Origin: a virus
Taxonomy: Duplodnaviria; Caudoviricetes
Strand: one strand, 5' to 3'
DNA: 53,992 bases
IMG/VR virus record: IMGVR_UViG_3300037294_000227
Location: 1 to 53,992 of that record
Shown: piece by piece, positions 1-10,229 of the stretch
Numbering within the stretch: the stretch's first letter is position 1
How the letters are laid out: the number at the start of each line of letters is the position of its first letter
Program-made: the position numbers and the translations under genes
Notes under the pieces: generated by a model
What the model saw: only the letters and a program-made list of their open reading frames with translations
Database searches by the model: none
Told to the model about the DNA's origin: nothing

Positions 1-157
1 AAATAATTTTAATAAAATCTTCAAAAGTCCAGTCAATGTTTTTTATATTGTTGTTTGGCAACAGCCCATGAAAGTTTCTGCTACACATAGGACAACTTGC
101 CTGGCAGCGAGTAGTTAGTTCGATTTCAATTTTATGAAGCTGATCAAATTTAAACAC
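1..157 (-). CDS. Radical SAM protein, N-terminal part (truncated by window edge; not in ORF track)
   Basis: Manual translation from GTG at 157: MFKFDQLHKIEIELTTRCQASCPMCSRNFHGLLPNNNIKNIDWTFEDFIKII. CxxxCxxC motif, AGGA SD upstream, clear paralog of 1189..2241. Confidence 0.85.
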   Translation of the reverse strand, partial: MFKFDQLHKIEIELTTRCQASCPMCSRNFHGLLPNNNIKNIDWTFEDFIKII

Positions 158-174
158 AAACGGTTCCTTTTAGT

Positions 175-184
175 TAAATATTTA
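175..184. promoter_or_regulatory. Palindromic TAAATATTTA: overlapping T4-like late promoter cores on both strands
   Basis: TAAATA at 175-180 (+) and 184-179 (-) in the 28-nt gap between divergent genes. Confidence 0.6.
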
Positions 185-185
185 T

Positions 186-1232
186 GTGAACAACATATCA
201 GCAATAAAATTAAAACAAAAAGAACCAATGATGGTTACTTGGGACACTGGCAGACGTTGTAATTTTGATTGCAGCTACTGTGATCTTTCTCGACACGATA
301 CATTTAGTCCATTGACCTCTTTAAAATCATTGCAACTTACATACAAATTTATACAAGAGTACACCAAGCTGTACAATCAACCCAACGCTAATATTGCATT
401 TACTGGCGGCGAACCAACTGTAAATCCTAATTTTTGGCAGTTGATCGATACTATTGAAAACTTTACATTAGGATTGACCACAAACGGAACATTTCCAACA
501 AATAAAATAGATACAATTTTAAACAAATTTGTAGCAGTAACTATAAGCTGGCATTCTGAAATCGATCAAAAACTCAAAGATAGAGCAATAGAAAACGCAA
601 TACTATTAAGCGCCGCAGGGTTTAACGTTCGCGTAAATGTAATGATGCACACCGATTGTTGGAACGAATGTATACAAGCATACGATAAGCTAACATCAGC
701 AGGAGTAACTACAAATGCAGTTATTATCGGCGATGGCAATTTAGGGAGTACTGAATTTTACAAAGACGCTACTGGAACGTTGAGACGAACCAGTCATCCT
801 TATACCGAAGAACAGCAATTGTGGTATTTTAATATCAAAGGTCTTGATACTAACATTATTAACGATATAAAAAGTGGAAATCAACTGCCACGTAGCTGTT
901 GCGGGAACAGAGATCTAATGGGAAAATGCAATGGATGTTGGACTGATATTACGGCTGTTAACACAAATTTTAAAGGATGGTTTTGTAGTGTGAACAAATA
1001 TTTTATGCATATAGATCAGCACACCGGAAATGTGTATCATCATCAAACCTGTAAGGCAAAATTCAATAACGAAAGAGGCCCAATCGGCAATCTTAAAAAC
1101 ACAGATCTTATATTGGATTATGTATCTAAAAATGCAAACAATACAATAGTTTGTCCAAACTTGCGATGCGGATGTGGAATGTGTGCGCCTAAAGCTCAGA
1201 ATAAATCTGAACTTGATCGTTTGGGTTATTAA
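186..1232 (+). CDS. Radical SAM protein with C-terminal Cys-rich (SPASM/twitch-like) domain
   Basis: CNFDCSYC, FTGGEPT, TTNG; C-terminal SCCG...WFC...CPNLRCGCGMCAPK. Paralog of 4166..5254. Confidence 0.9.
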   Translation: MNNISAIKLKQKEPMMVTWDTGRRCNFDCSYCDLSRHDTFSPLTSLKSLQLTYKFIQEYTKLYNQPNANIAFTGGEPTVNPNFWQLIDTIENFTLGLTTNGTFPTNKIDTILNKFVAVTISWHSEIDQKLKDRAIENAILLSAAGFNVRVNVMMHTDCWNECIQAYDKLTSAGVTTNAVIIGDGNLGSTEFYKDATGTLRRTSHPYTEEQQLWYFNIKGLDTNIINDIKSGNQLPRSCCGNRDLMGKCNGCWTDITAVNTNFKGWFCSVNKYFMHIDQHTGNVYHHQTCKAKFNNERGPIGNLKNTDLILDYVSKNANNTIVCPNLRCGCGMCAPKAQNKSELDRLGY

Positions 1233-2241
1233 AAGTATTCCCGCAAGTTCTAGCACAGGTCCATAGTTTGTTTATGTTCCAATACTTTTTCCAACATTGT
1301 TGAAACTGTGTGGTTTCCAATACTGTGCGTATACCGTGAGAGGCGCTGGTGTCTCCTAGTTCTGCAATTAACTGCAAATATTGCTTTTTAATATAATCCT
1401 TAGGAGTAGCAAGCGTATCAGTTGGTTTGTAATAATCATACGGAATAGCTGCAAGAAAACAACAAGGCATTATATTACGATGTGCATCTATATATAATTC
1501 ACCTTTGTGTTTTGCATAACAACTTATTTGAGTATCATCGATTATCTTTGCAACTACATTCAAATCGCTTACATCAAAATACTTTGCTTTATTGTTTGAC
1601 GGTGGCTCCAAATAATATTCAGTATCTCCAGTTTTGTTTAACACCGAAAACTTTTTTTCAAAATTAAATCTATTACTGTCTTTGACACTAAAATATTTAA
1701 ACCCGTGTGTTTTTGCCAATGCTTCGGCAGCTTCAACTTGATGTTGGTTGTGCTTGAATTTTATAAAACTCCATTCGGCAATTCCTCCTGCTTTTATAAA
1801 AGCCTTTGCATTGTCTAATATCTTATCAAAGTCTGTGCCAATTCTGTATTTACTGTGTGTGTCGCGTAAACCGTCGATTGCAAAAATTACTCTATGTTCT
1901 GTAGACAAATGTTTTACAAAACTTTTCCAATAACTGACATTTCGTAGACTACCATTTGTATGTATTTCTACACTAATATTTTGAGTTTTTAATATTTCTG
2001 TCATCAATTGCAAGTCGTTGTTTACTACAGGGTCACCAAAATTTCCGCAAAATGTAATGTGTTTTATAGTATCAAACACCGGTTGTACAATAGTTTTAAA
2101 ATCTGATACAGACCAATCTGTTTCTATTAGTTTGGTATTTGGCAATCCGCTGTGATAGTTTCTGCTGCACATAGGACAACTTGCCTGGCACTTATTTGTT
2201 ATTTCTAAATGTAAGCTTTTAAGATCTGTATACTGGAACAT
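1189..2241 (-). CDS. Radical SAM protein with C-terminal twitch/SPASM-like domain
   Basis: CQASCPMC, GNFGDP (GGE-motif variant), HTNG, IDG; C-terminal SC...PCC...CARTC. Confidence 0.9.
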   Translation of the reverse strand: MFQYTDLKSLHLEITNKCQASCPMCSRNYHSGLPNTKLIETDWSVSDFKTIVQPVFDTIKHITFCGNFGDPVVNNDLQLMTEILKTQNISVEIHTNGSLRNVSYWKSFVKHLSTEHRVIFAIDGLRDTHSKYRIGTDFDKILDNAKAFIKAGGIAEWSFIKFKHNQHQVEAAEALAKTHGFKYFSVKDSNRFNFEKKFSVLNKTGDTEYYLEPPSNNKAKYFDVSDLNVVAKIIDDTQISCYAKHKGELYIDAHRNIMPCCFLAAIPYDYYKPTDTLATPKDYIKKQYLQLIAELGDTSASHGIRTVLETTQFQQCWKKYWNINKLWTCARTCGNTFNNPNDQVQIYSEL

Positions 2242-2245
2242 GTTT

Positions 2246-2275
2246 TATTTATGTGCGTATATTTCTCTATAAATA
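2246..2275. promoter_or_regulatory. Back-to-back late promoter cores
   Basis: TAAATA on - (2251-2246) lies 4 nt before ATG 2241; TATAAATA on + (2268-2275) lies 4 nt before ATG 2280. Confidence 0.7.
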
Positions 2276-2279
2276 ATGT

Positions 2280-3026
2280 ATGGACAGTTCTCATCATAGT
2301 TTTTTTCAAAAAAATAAAATATATACACAACAATTAAACAGACTTCCAAGTCTAACAATGTCAGACGAAGAAATTGCATTATGGATGTTGCAAGGCGGAC
2401 ATGGGGATTGGATTGAGTTAGATTTGCAAATCAATACATCTTCTTGGATTGCAGAATATCATACTGTGCAAGATATGTTTGTGCCTCACAGAGACATTGA
2501 TTCTGGTGAAGGAACACATCAGGGGTGGAGTGCTTGCACATTGCATGGCATAAGCTACGATAAAACAAATGTGTGGCAAGAGTATGGATACAAAACTGAG
2601 CCAGAATACAACTGGACACAAGCAGGAAAAAAATGCCCAAGCATAAAGTCTGCATTTGAGTCATTGCCTGCAGAACACCTAGCTAGAGTTAGATTTATGA
2701 AACTTGATGCAGGAGGATGGATTTCTCCTCACAACGACCTAGGACCAGGAATCAACTGGAATAAAATTTTTGATTATCCGTTGCCCATGACAATTGCAGT
2801 AGATCACCCCCAAGAATGCTACATGACCCTAGAAAATAGAGGAGTTGTTCCATTTAAAAATAATAAAGCATTTTTAGTTAACATTTTAAACAATCACAGT
2901 GTAATTAATTTTAGCAAGCAAGATAGAATACATGTCATAGGACATCTGTTTGTAGGAAATCGTAAAAAAGAATATTGTAAATTATTAGCAGACAGTTATA
3001 GGAAATCCTATGTTTTACAAAGGTAA
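2280..3026 (+). CDS. 2OG-Fe(II) oxygenase, aspartyl/asparaginyl beta-hydroxylase-like
   Basis: RVRFMKLDAGGWISPHND (HxD) ... HSVINFSKQDRIHVI (distal His plus 2OG-binding Arg). Confidence 0.8.
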   Translation: MDSSHHSFFQKNKIYTQQLNRLPSLTMSDEEIALWMLQGGHGDWIELDLQINTSSWIAEYHTVQDMFVPHRDIDSGEGTHQGWSACTLHGISYDKTNVWQEYGYKTEPEYNWTQAGKKCPSIKSAFESLPAEHLARVRFMKLDAGGWISPHNDLGPGINWNKIFDYPLPMTIAVDHPQECYMTLENRGVVPFKNNKAFLVNILNNHSVINFSKQDRIHVIGHLFVGNRKKEYCKLLADSYRKSYVLQR

Positions 3027-4215
3027 AAACAGTTGTGCAGATTTGTGTGTTTGTATAATCGACGACACCGATCAATACAGTCCTTGGATGAAAGAGCTTG
3101 TAAAAAATACTGCGGATTATACTATTACAAATGTAACTGGAATTGGATACGATGTGTGGGTTGGGCGACACGAACACACACTATTAAAACAAGTAGTGGG
3201 CCAATATAAAAGAGCAGTTGTTATTAGTGCAGGAACCGAATTTATAAATGGTAATAAATTCTTTGATAATTTGCCCGAGGATTTTTTTATTCTTGGGCAC
3301 GTACTTGATATGGGAGATGGCTATTACGGATTACACCATCAGTGCTATGTAATAGATCTTGATTTGTATGCTATGTTAGGAAATCCCGAACCTGGACAAA
3401 CACAATTGCTGGAACAGCATATCCAAACTGTTCCAAATAGAAGTAAAGAAAACATTCACGACGATTACACACCTCTTTGGATTTCAAAAGGATCTGCACA
3501 AAAAGTATACAAACACAAGTTTCACGGATGGAGGATAATCAGTGCAGGTCTTGAGGCAGATTATAAAATTTACGCTTTCGACAGCACGCTACGAGACGGA
3601 AAGCATTTCTTGTATTGTGATGTAGATACCAGTGACTGGATTTACAAACGCTACAATCATTGTTTGCAAAATCATGTGTACAAAGACAGCACAGGCAGTG
3701 TGGATTTTCCAAGACCTTACAATTGCAACATCGATCATTTGATATATCCTGCTGCTGGCACAACATGGTTGGACAAATTAAAAAAGCACGGATACGATAG
3801 TTCTACCAAAGTAACGTTTTATGACTATAATCAATCAGCGTTAGATTACATGCAAGCTAATACTAGAGATATGGGTTTAATTTTTGAATTTGCATTGTTG
3901 GATGCAATTGCAGAGCCCGAGTGCATAGTCGAACTTGTTGACAAAAACTGCAATCCGCAAGGTGTTGTTATACACATGAGCAATATTTTTTCGTACGAAG
4001 GAACAGCAAGTTTAATGCCGTTAAAATATCGAGTGCAACAAGAAAATAAACTTATCGAAAGTGTACAATCAAAAATTCCTATGTGTGTTTTAGAATTTGA
4101 TCAGCGTGCAGCCGAAGGATTTGTACCATGGCGTGCAGAAACAGGACTTGCAAAAGACTTAGAACTCACTGATCTTTCAACTGCGGTACTTCCTCCGTGG
4201 CATACTTATGATTGA
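3010..4215 (+). CDS. Hypothetical protein; C-terminal part weakly Rossmann/SAM-binding-like
   Basis: 401-aa ORF overlapping the oxygenase stop, AGGA SD. PAAG...VTFYDYNQSAL...HMSNIF resembles class I MTase motifs (weak). Confidence 0.6.
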   Translation: MFYKGKNSCADLCVCIIDDTDQYSPWMKELVKNTADYTITNVTGIGYDVWVGRHEHTLLKQVVGQYKRAVVISAGTEFINGNKFFDNLPEDFFILGHVLDMGDGYYGLHHQCYVIDLDLYAMLGNPEPGQTQLLEQHIQTVPNRSKENIHDDYTPLWISKGSAQKVYKHKFHGWRIISAGLEADYKIYAFDSTLRDGKHFLYCDVDTSDWIYKRYNHCLQNHVYKDSTGSVDFPRPYNCNIDHLIYPAAGTTWLDKLKKHGYDSSTKVTFYDYNQSALDYMQANTRDMGLIFEFALLDAIAEPECIVELVDKNCNPQGVVIHMSNIFSYEGTASLMPLKYRVQQENKLIESVQSKIPMCVLEFDQRAAEGFVPWRAETGLAKDLELTDLSTAVLPPWHTYD

Positions 4216-5254
4216 TTATTTTAAACTTTTCAGGAGTTGCTGCTTTTGGTGCGCATAGTCCACACCAGCATTTTGTTTTTTTGCACACAATAGTCGGTGT
4301 TCCTAGCAATAATCTGTCTATGATGGCACGAGTGTCTTTTAAGTTTCCTATGGGCCCAATGCGATCGTCCCAGGTCATACGACAGTCTTTGTTTGTAAAA
4401 ACTTCACCTGTGGTTTGTCTAATATATAAAAAGTATTTGTCAACACTACAACTCCACCCTTGGAAGTTGTTTCCTTCTACATACTTTGTGTCATAACTAT
4501 TGTTAACACACATGCTGTTGCCGCCGCAACATGCTCTTCCGGTACTGGCTAAGTCGTGACCGCGAGTAAGTACTGCTTTTATTTTTTGTGTTAACTTTGT
4601 AGGAGTTTTTCCTGTTAAAAACTTTACCTGTCGTGGAGAATAATTAAAACGTATGTCAAACCAGTGATGATCAATTTGTCTCACGTGGTATGGTGCTTTA
4701 ATTGCTTTTAACCAGCGTATTATTTTTAAACATTTTAGCCATAATTCTTTTTTTGGATGCATCATAACATTTACTTGGAATGATTTTTTTCTAATTATCA
4801 ATCCTCTAACATTGTCTTTGAATAGCCCTTCTTGAGTAGAATTTCCTTCTGCATGAAAACTTACGGTAAAATGATCTACTAACTTGCAAACTTTGTCCCA
4901 CTGATGCCGACCTACTACTGCATTTGTTATCAACGCTACTGTAAGTGTATAATCTATCTTTTCTTTTTTTGATTGTATGTATTCTAATATTTCAATGATG
5001 TTTGGGTGAAACACGCTTTCGCCGCCTTGAACGTTTAATCCTGCGATTCTCATATGGCTGGGCTTATTGTTCATTTGTATCTGTAAATATTCAAATATAA
5101 AATCAACAGTTTTTAAGCTATCTTCGAGACTAGGATGTTGCAATCTATTATTATGCCCATCGCCGCAATAACTACAATCCATATTGCATTTTAAAGTGCT
5201 TTCCCATGCAACTTGAAAACTTAAATTGTTTACTGGTACTAATGAATCTATCAT
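4166..5254 (-). CDS. Radical SAM protein with C-terminal Cys-rich domain
   Basis: CNMDCSYC, QGGES, ITN; ACCGG...WSC...CKKTKCWCGLCAPK. Start moved from 5314 to 5254 because of the ATGA overlap with the upstream stop. Confidence 0.9.
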   Translation of the reverse strand: MIDSLVPVNNLSFQVAWESTLKCNMDCSYCGDGHNNRLQHPSLEDSLKTVDFIFEYLQIQMNNKPSHMRIAGLNVQGGESVFHPNIIEILEYIQSKKEKIDYTLTVALITNAVVGRHQWDKVCKLVDHFTVSFHAEGNSTQEGLFKDNVRGLIIRKKSFQVNVMMHPKKELWLKCLKIIRWLKAIKAPYHVRQIDHHWFDIRFNYSPRQVKFLTGKTPTKLTQKIKAVLTRGHDLASTGRACCGGNSMCVNNSYDTKYVEGNNFQGWSCSVDKYFLYIRQTTGEVFTNKDCRMTWDDRIGPIGNLKDTRAIIDRLLLGTPTIVCKKTKCWCGLCAPKAATPEKFKIINHKYATEEVPQLKDQ

Positions 5255-6207
5255 TGTATTATCCATTTTTTTATAGAAATTTCTCCGGCGCATCCGCATA
5301 TATCGCGTGAGCAAAGTGTCGGCTGTATTGTAGGGCTGAACTCAAAGTCTTTATCGTTAATGTTATAAGTCTTATCAAATAGCCGCTGGTTGCAATTGGA
5401 TGTTATTACTCTGTTGGTAATTTTAATATGATCGACTCCTAAATTACAGTGCCATCCTTTAAAATAGTTTAAATTATTTCGAGTAATCCAACTGTCACTG
5501 TTTGTAATAGTTTTTTCATTATTGTTGTGCGTGATTGTAATTTCTGTTCTTGGTTTACGAGAAGTAGAATGAAACCAATCTGCGTTAGGATATCGTTTAA
5601 TAGGTTCTTCAAAATATTTTAATTGCTCAATTGTATAACAAGATTGACCATCAAACAATACAACTTTTGCAACAATTGGCCAAGGCAGTGTTAACTGTTG
5701 CATCTGTTCGACTAACTCAACGCATGTGTTAAATGCAGCTGGATCTATTAACACATCTACATTAACTAGTATCTCCGAACTGTATAAAAAATCAGCAAGA
5801 GTTTTAATTTTGTTTATTTTTGCATATTCGTGGTGTACGCTAATATTAATATGATCCAGCACTCTTGCTGCTTTTTGCCACCATATTATACCTCTAGTAC
5901 CATTGGTACTAATTTCTAAAATACAATTGTATTTTGATTTTAAGAAAATACAAAGTTCTAAAAAGTCATCCCATAATGTGGGTTCACCTCCAACAAAAAA
6001 AATATTAAACACATCTTTGCCATTTGCTGCATAATGATTTAGAACTTTTGATAAGTTTGTTTTAACGATTTCTAGGTCCGGCCAATTTGTATTGCCCTCG
6101 TTGCTGCCCGGGAAGCAGTAATTGCATTTTTGATTGCAAGTATTTCCTAGCATATATTCTATTCTAAGAACATTATCAGGTTGATTATTTTCTACTTTTA
6201 TTATCAT
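5251..6207 (-). CDS. Radical SAM protein with C-terminal Cys-rich domain
   Basis: CNQKCNYC, VGGEPT, STNG; WHCNLG...C...CSRDICGC. Paralog of 19391..20359. Confidence 0.9.
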   Translation of the reverse strand: MIIKVENNQPDNVLRIEYMLGNTCNQKCNYCFPGSNEGNTNWPDLEIVKTNLSKVLNHYAANGKDVFNIFFVGGEPTLWDDFLELCIFLKSKYNCILEISTNGTRGIIWWQKAARVLDHINISVHHEYAKINKIKTLADFLYSSEILVNVDVLIDPAAFNTCVELVEQMQQLTLPWPIVAKVVLFDGQSCYTIEQLKYFEEPIKRYPNADWFHSTSRKPRTEITITHNNNEKTITNSDSWITRNNLNYFKGWHCNLGVDHIKITNRVITSNCNQRLFDKTYNINDKDFEFSPTIQPTLCSRDICGCAGEISIKKWIIQ

Positions 6208-7583
6208 AATAAGTGTGCTAACTCAGGAAAAGTATTTTTGGCGCTAATTCCTCTAATTGCATCTAACTTGTTTACATATTCCTTGAATCCAGGTAGCCTT
6301 TCGGTATGGTCAGCACTTTCCATATAAACTAATATTGATTCCCAACGTCTCCATCCATAAGGATTTGACTCCCAAAAACTTTGATCTAAGTTGCCGTGAT
6401 TTTGTAACCATATCTTAAACTGCATAAACTTGTCACGTATTTCTTGTTTATCATCTTTGGAGAAATTTTGTATATTTAAAAATGTTGGTATGTATAAGAG
6501 GTGCATATTAATCAGGCCGCCGCCTGCTTGCACATTTTTAATTACTTCTGTATTGACTTTTTTAAAGTTACTATTGACTTTCCAATGTATAAAATCTGGA
6601 AGGTGCTTGATATTAAACATCTGAATAGCAGTAGCAATACTAGGACGTATGTTATCAGGAGTGTTGTCCAGCATATGGAGGTTACGCTCAACTGTTTCCC
6701 AATCTGTTGGGTACCTAATGTAATTGTTACGATCTGTATGTGCGTCAATGCTGACTCCGACTTTTACAACTGCAAAATGTTTCCATAGTTCGATAAGTTC
6801 TTCGTCTACAAGAATGCCATTGGTGTTATAACGCAGCCTAATTTTTTTATTGTGTCCACTGCGTACAATTTCTTCGATAAACTTTTTATGTTCTTTGATC
6901 ATTAAAGGTTCGCCGCCTGCGAAGTACACCTCTTCTAAATACGGAATTTGTTTGTACAATTGATCCCAAAATATTTCATTTTCGTGCCATTTGTTATTAA
7001 AGGACGATTTATCCCATTGCATCTGCCGCTTGACTTCAGGATCTTCTAATTGTGGTGCTAGCACTTTCCAGTCAGCTACCCATTTACTACTGTCATGTGG
7101 CGAACACATAACACACTTGATATTGCAAGTATGCCCAAGCCTTAGATCTAAATATTTGAGTTGATCTTTGTATCTACCATCAGATTGCGTGTCGTTTAAC
7201 ATAGTGACAGGATCGAGGCCGCGCTCCATCCAAGTAGTGGTTTCCCACATACGCTTGCTCACAACTCCTTGTTGCTCTTCAGCAAAGCACTTGGTACAAC
7301 TTGCTGGAATGTTACCGTCCATCATTGTGCGTCTGATGTTACGCATATATTCACTATTCCATGCCTGCATAGGAGTGGTAGTACTAAAGTTTACTGGATC
7401 ACCTGCGTCATCCTTTACTAAGCCCACTGTATGATCAACACCAGCACCACTAGCATTAGCACTGCAACATACCCGCATGTCTCCATTTGGTCGTGTTGCC
7501 ATGTGTATCCAAGGTAACGCACAAAATGTAGGAGTAGCAGTTTCTGCAATGGTGTCTTGCCATTGATCTAATAGTTGTTTCAT
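6204..7583 (-). CDS. Radical SAM protein with N-terminal twitch/SPASM-like domain
   Basis: N-terminal FCALPWIH...VCC...CTKC, then CNIKCVMC, FAGGEP, YNTNG, SID, YIRYPTDW. Confidence 0.9.
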   Translation of the reverse strand: MKQLLDQWQDTIAETATPTFCALPWIHMATRPNGDMRVCCSANASGAGVDHTVGLVKDDAGDPVNFSTTTPMQAWNSEYMRNIRRTMMDGNIPASCTKCFAEEQQGVVSKRMWETTTWMERGLDPVTMLNDTQSDGRYKDQLKYLDLRLGHTCNIKCVMCSPHDSSKWVADWKVLAPQLEDPEVKRQMQWDKSSFNNKWHENEIFWDQLYKQIPYLEEVYFAGGEPLMIKEHKKFIEEIVRSGHNKKIRLRYNTNGILVDEELIELWKHFAVVKVGVSIDAHTDRNNYIRYPTDWETVERNLHMLDNTPDNIRPSIATAIQMFNIKHLPDFIHWKVNSNFKKVNTEVIKNVQAGGGLINMHLLYIPTFLNIQNFSKDDKQEIRDKFMQFKIWLQNHGNLDQSFWESNPYGWRRWESILVYMESADHTERLPGFKEYVNKLDAIRGISAKNTFPELAHLL

Positions 7584-8191
7584 CTATATCCAATCAACAA
7601 AAATCTATTATATAACGGCAAAGACAATGTTTCTTTTTTCACTATGGTATTTATTCCGCTGCTTTTAGCAAAATCGTCAACTGTGTCAAAGCATCGAATA
7701 TGCTCAGGCAATTCATAATAATTATTGCTTTGTAACACTATGAGTGTATTAGCAGGAATTCTCTCTAACCAGATGTTGTATTGTAGTTGTGTGATATGTT
7801 CTGTACTGGTATTGATAACCACATGAGGAATCGTGTTGTATTCGTATGTACACATGTCATGTGTTTCTGCACGAAATATACCAGACATTTCTTGGCGTTT
7901 ACAAATCATTTCGGCAACTTCCTTGCATGATTCGTCGATGTCAATACTGCATATCTGTGCAATCTTTGTAAGCCTGTTAAACATCATACTTGCAAGAACG
8001 CCGTTCCAGCCACCATGGATTGTAACATTTAATGCAACACCATCATTTGGCAGGCAAGGCAATAAGTGTTCAATTAGCCATTCTTTACTTCTAAGTTGGC
8101 CCTTCCAGAAACTTTCTAACACACCATAATGATTTTCATTATTGCGTACAGCATCCATCCAAAATGCAATATCATCTAAATTTATGTACAT
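7580..8191 (-). CDS. Class I SAM-dependent methyltransferase-like protein
   Basis: TIHGGWNG (motif I-like), SIDID (motif II), HDM, VVINTSTEH. Confidence 0.65.
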   Translation of the reverse strand: MYINLDDIAFWMDAVRNNENHYGVLESFWKGQLRSKEWLIEHLLPCLPNDGVALNVTIHGGWNGVLASMMFNRLTKIAQICSIDIDESCKEVAEMICKRQEMSGIFRAETHDMCTYEYNTIPHVVINTSTEHITQLQYNIWLERIPANTLIVLQSNNYYELPEHIRCFDTVDDFAKSSGINTIVKKETLSLPLYNRFLLIGYR

Positions 8192-9339
8192 AATTGTTTT
8201 TTAATATCCGGGCACAAGATCTGTTGAATACGTTGAGACATAAAGTGCTTGAAATTGTACGCTCTTGTTTCTTTTGTTTTGTTGTTTAATTCTTCAATTG
8301 TGTATGTTTTCATTGCATGATCCAATGCGTTAATTGCAGCAAAAATTCGTTTGTCTGTATCCATAGTGTCATACGATTCATCAATAAAATCGTCAAATGT
8401 TTTAAACCCTAGTTCTCTAAGATACTGCAATGCATAACGTGGCCCAATTAGAACGAACATTTGTTTTGATACTATAGGTTTCCATATTTTTTCACTAAGA
8501 AACATATGACTATAATTGTTAAAACATTCATAGTAATATGTTTCTGTAACTAGATTAATTAATGCCTTGTTATAAAATGCTTTGTTAAAATCATGTGGGC
8601 GACTTCCAAATAAAAAATTCTCAGTGTCTAAATTCAACGGTAATTTTTGTGCTGTAAGACTCACTTGATTTTCTAGTGTTTGAAATATTTCTTCTGAAAA
8701 TTCATGAGAATAGTCAAACACTACTTGAGAAAATGAAGCAGGATTGGCAATATGTAGTTCGTATGTTTTATCCAAACACGATATCTTTCCTTTTTCTAAC
8801 ATACCCAAATAATCCATGTATGTGATTGCTACTGCTCTGTGATTATGCAACCGATTATTTAAACACATAAACCATTCAGTTTTGTTTATAGTACGCTTTT
8901 TTAAATTATAATCTATAGTATTTTGTTTAACTCTGTAGTACCAGTTGCTATTATAACATACTTTGAACAGCTTGTCAAACTGATTGTCTTTTAACCAAAG
9001 ATTATATTCTTCCTCCACATCACGATTACCAGACAGAAATATAAATTTGTCTTTGAGTTGGTGCTTTACTGAATATTCGTGCAATCTTTCAAACTCTACA
9101 GTTGTATATCCTTCAAGGCAACTGTCATATAACATGAACAAGTTATGAGTGTTGCGAATAACGTCCACTGCTACTTCTAACAAAGAAAGATCAGAAGCAA
9201 TACGATATATGTAAATACTTGTAGTATCCTTGTTATCTAGCCATTGATTAAAATTTAAATGAGTATTTAAACCGGTCGATGAATACAACGGATCGCCTGG
9301 CGCAAGATTAGAATATACTATTTGATTATTGTTTTCCAA
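8182..9339 (-). CDS. Putative glycosyltransferase (GT-B fold, GT10-like C-terminal motif)
   Basis: NLVTET...FLSEKIWKPI...LGFKTF...DESYD, shared with 10204..11313 and 14574..15893. ORF is secure, function is inferred. Confidence 0.55.
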   Translation of the reverse strand: MENNNQIVYSNLAPGDPLYSSTGLNTHLNFNQWLDNKDTTSIYIYRIASDLSLLEVAVDVIRNTHNLFMLYDSCLEGYTTVEFERLHEYSVKHQLKDKFIFLSGNRDVEEEYNLWLKDNQFDKLFKVCYNSNWYYRVKQNTIDYNLKKRTINKTEWFMCLNNRLHNHRAVAITYMDYLGMLEKGKISCLDKTYELHIANPASFSQVVFDYSHEFSEEIFQTLENQVSLTAQKLPLNLDTENFLFGSRPHDFNKAFYNKALINLVTETYYYECFNNYSHMFLSEKIWKPIVSKQMFVLIGPRYALQYLRELGFKTFDDFIDESYDTMDTDKRIFAAINALDHAMKTYTIEELNNKTKETRAYNFKHFMSQRIQQILCPDIKKQLCT

Positions 9340-10229
9340 TGTGCAATTGTCCTTGCTATTCCATCTTCGTAGGAAACTTTAGGATACCATCCTGTTTTTT
9401 CAGTAAGCAAGTTATGATTACTGTTGAGCCACCAAATTTCCCCATGTCGAGGATCTTTGGTATCCCAGTTAACAGTACCCCTCCAATCAAGTTGTTCTGC
9501 AATATAGTTTGCACAATCTTTAATCTTGCGAGGCTCGTCTGGACCGATTGTAAAGATATTTCCGCGGCAACTATCTCTATTTTCAATCACAGCCATCCAT
9601 GCATCTAATAAGTCGTCAATGTAAATGAAGTTTCTATATGGCTCGGCATATCCTAAATTGCATGTATTACCTTTGAGCATCTGACTGATAATTTGCTCTG
9701 TGACAAAGTAGTCGTTGTCTTTGCGACCGTAAGCATTAGTTTGTCGAAAGCTAGCCCATTCTAATCCATATGCACGTTCGGCATATTCGAGGTATTTTTC
9801 ACATGCATATTTTGCAACTGCATAAGGGGCATTTGGATGTGGTTCTGTGTGTTCATCAAATGCAACATTTTGAACATATGTGCCAGTTTGTTCAACTTCG
9901 TCGCTGATCGGTTGCCACCCGTAAACTTCCATAGTGCTTGCAAATACAAAATAAGGCATCGGATCTACATTACGACAAGCTTCAATTAAATTAACAGTAC
10001 CTACGTAGTTTACTTCGCTAAAACTAACTTGCTCATAAAAACTTTTTTGTACTTCAGTACGTGCTGCCAAATGCACAATAATATCAGGTGTAACTGATTT
10101 TACTTCTTGTTGAATTGCAGCGTGATCTGTTAAATTGCTTTGTAATTCTACAACTTCGCCTATTGCTTGTAATCTTGGCAGCAAATGTTGCCCAATAAAT
10201 CCACTACTTCCTGTTAATAATATTTTCAT
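9318..10229 (-). CDS. NAD-dependent nucleotide-sugar epimerase/dehydratase (extended SDR)
   Basis: TGSSGFIG, HLAA, ASTMEVYG, YAVAK (YxxxK), RNFIYIDD. Confidence 0.92.
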   Translation of the reverse strand: MKILLTGSSGFIGQHLLPRLQAIGEVVELQSNLTDHAAIQQEVKSVTPDIIVHLAARTEVQKSFYEQVSFSEVNYVGTVNLIEACRNVDPMPYFVFASTMEVYGWQPISDEVEQTGTYVQNVAFDEHTEPHPNAPYAVAKYACEKYLEYAERAYGLEWASFRQTNAYGRKDNDYFVTEQIISQMLKGNTCNLGYAEPYRNFIYIDDLLDAWMAVIENRDSCRGNIFTIGPDEPRKIKDCANYIAEQLDWRGTVNWDTKDPRHGEIWWLNSNHNLLTEKTGWYPKVSYEDGIARTIAHWKTIIK

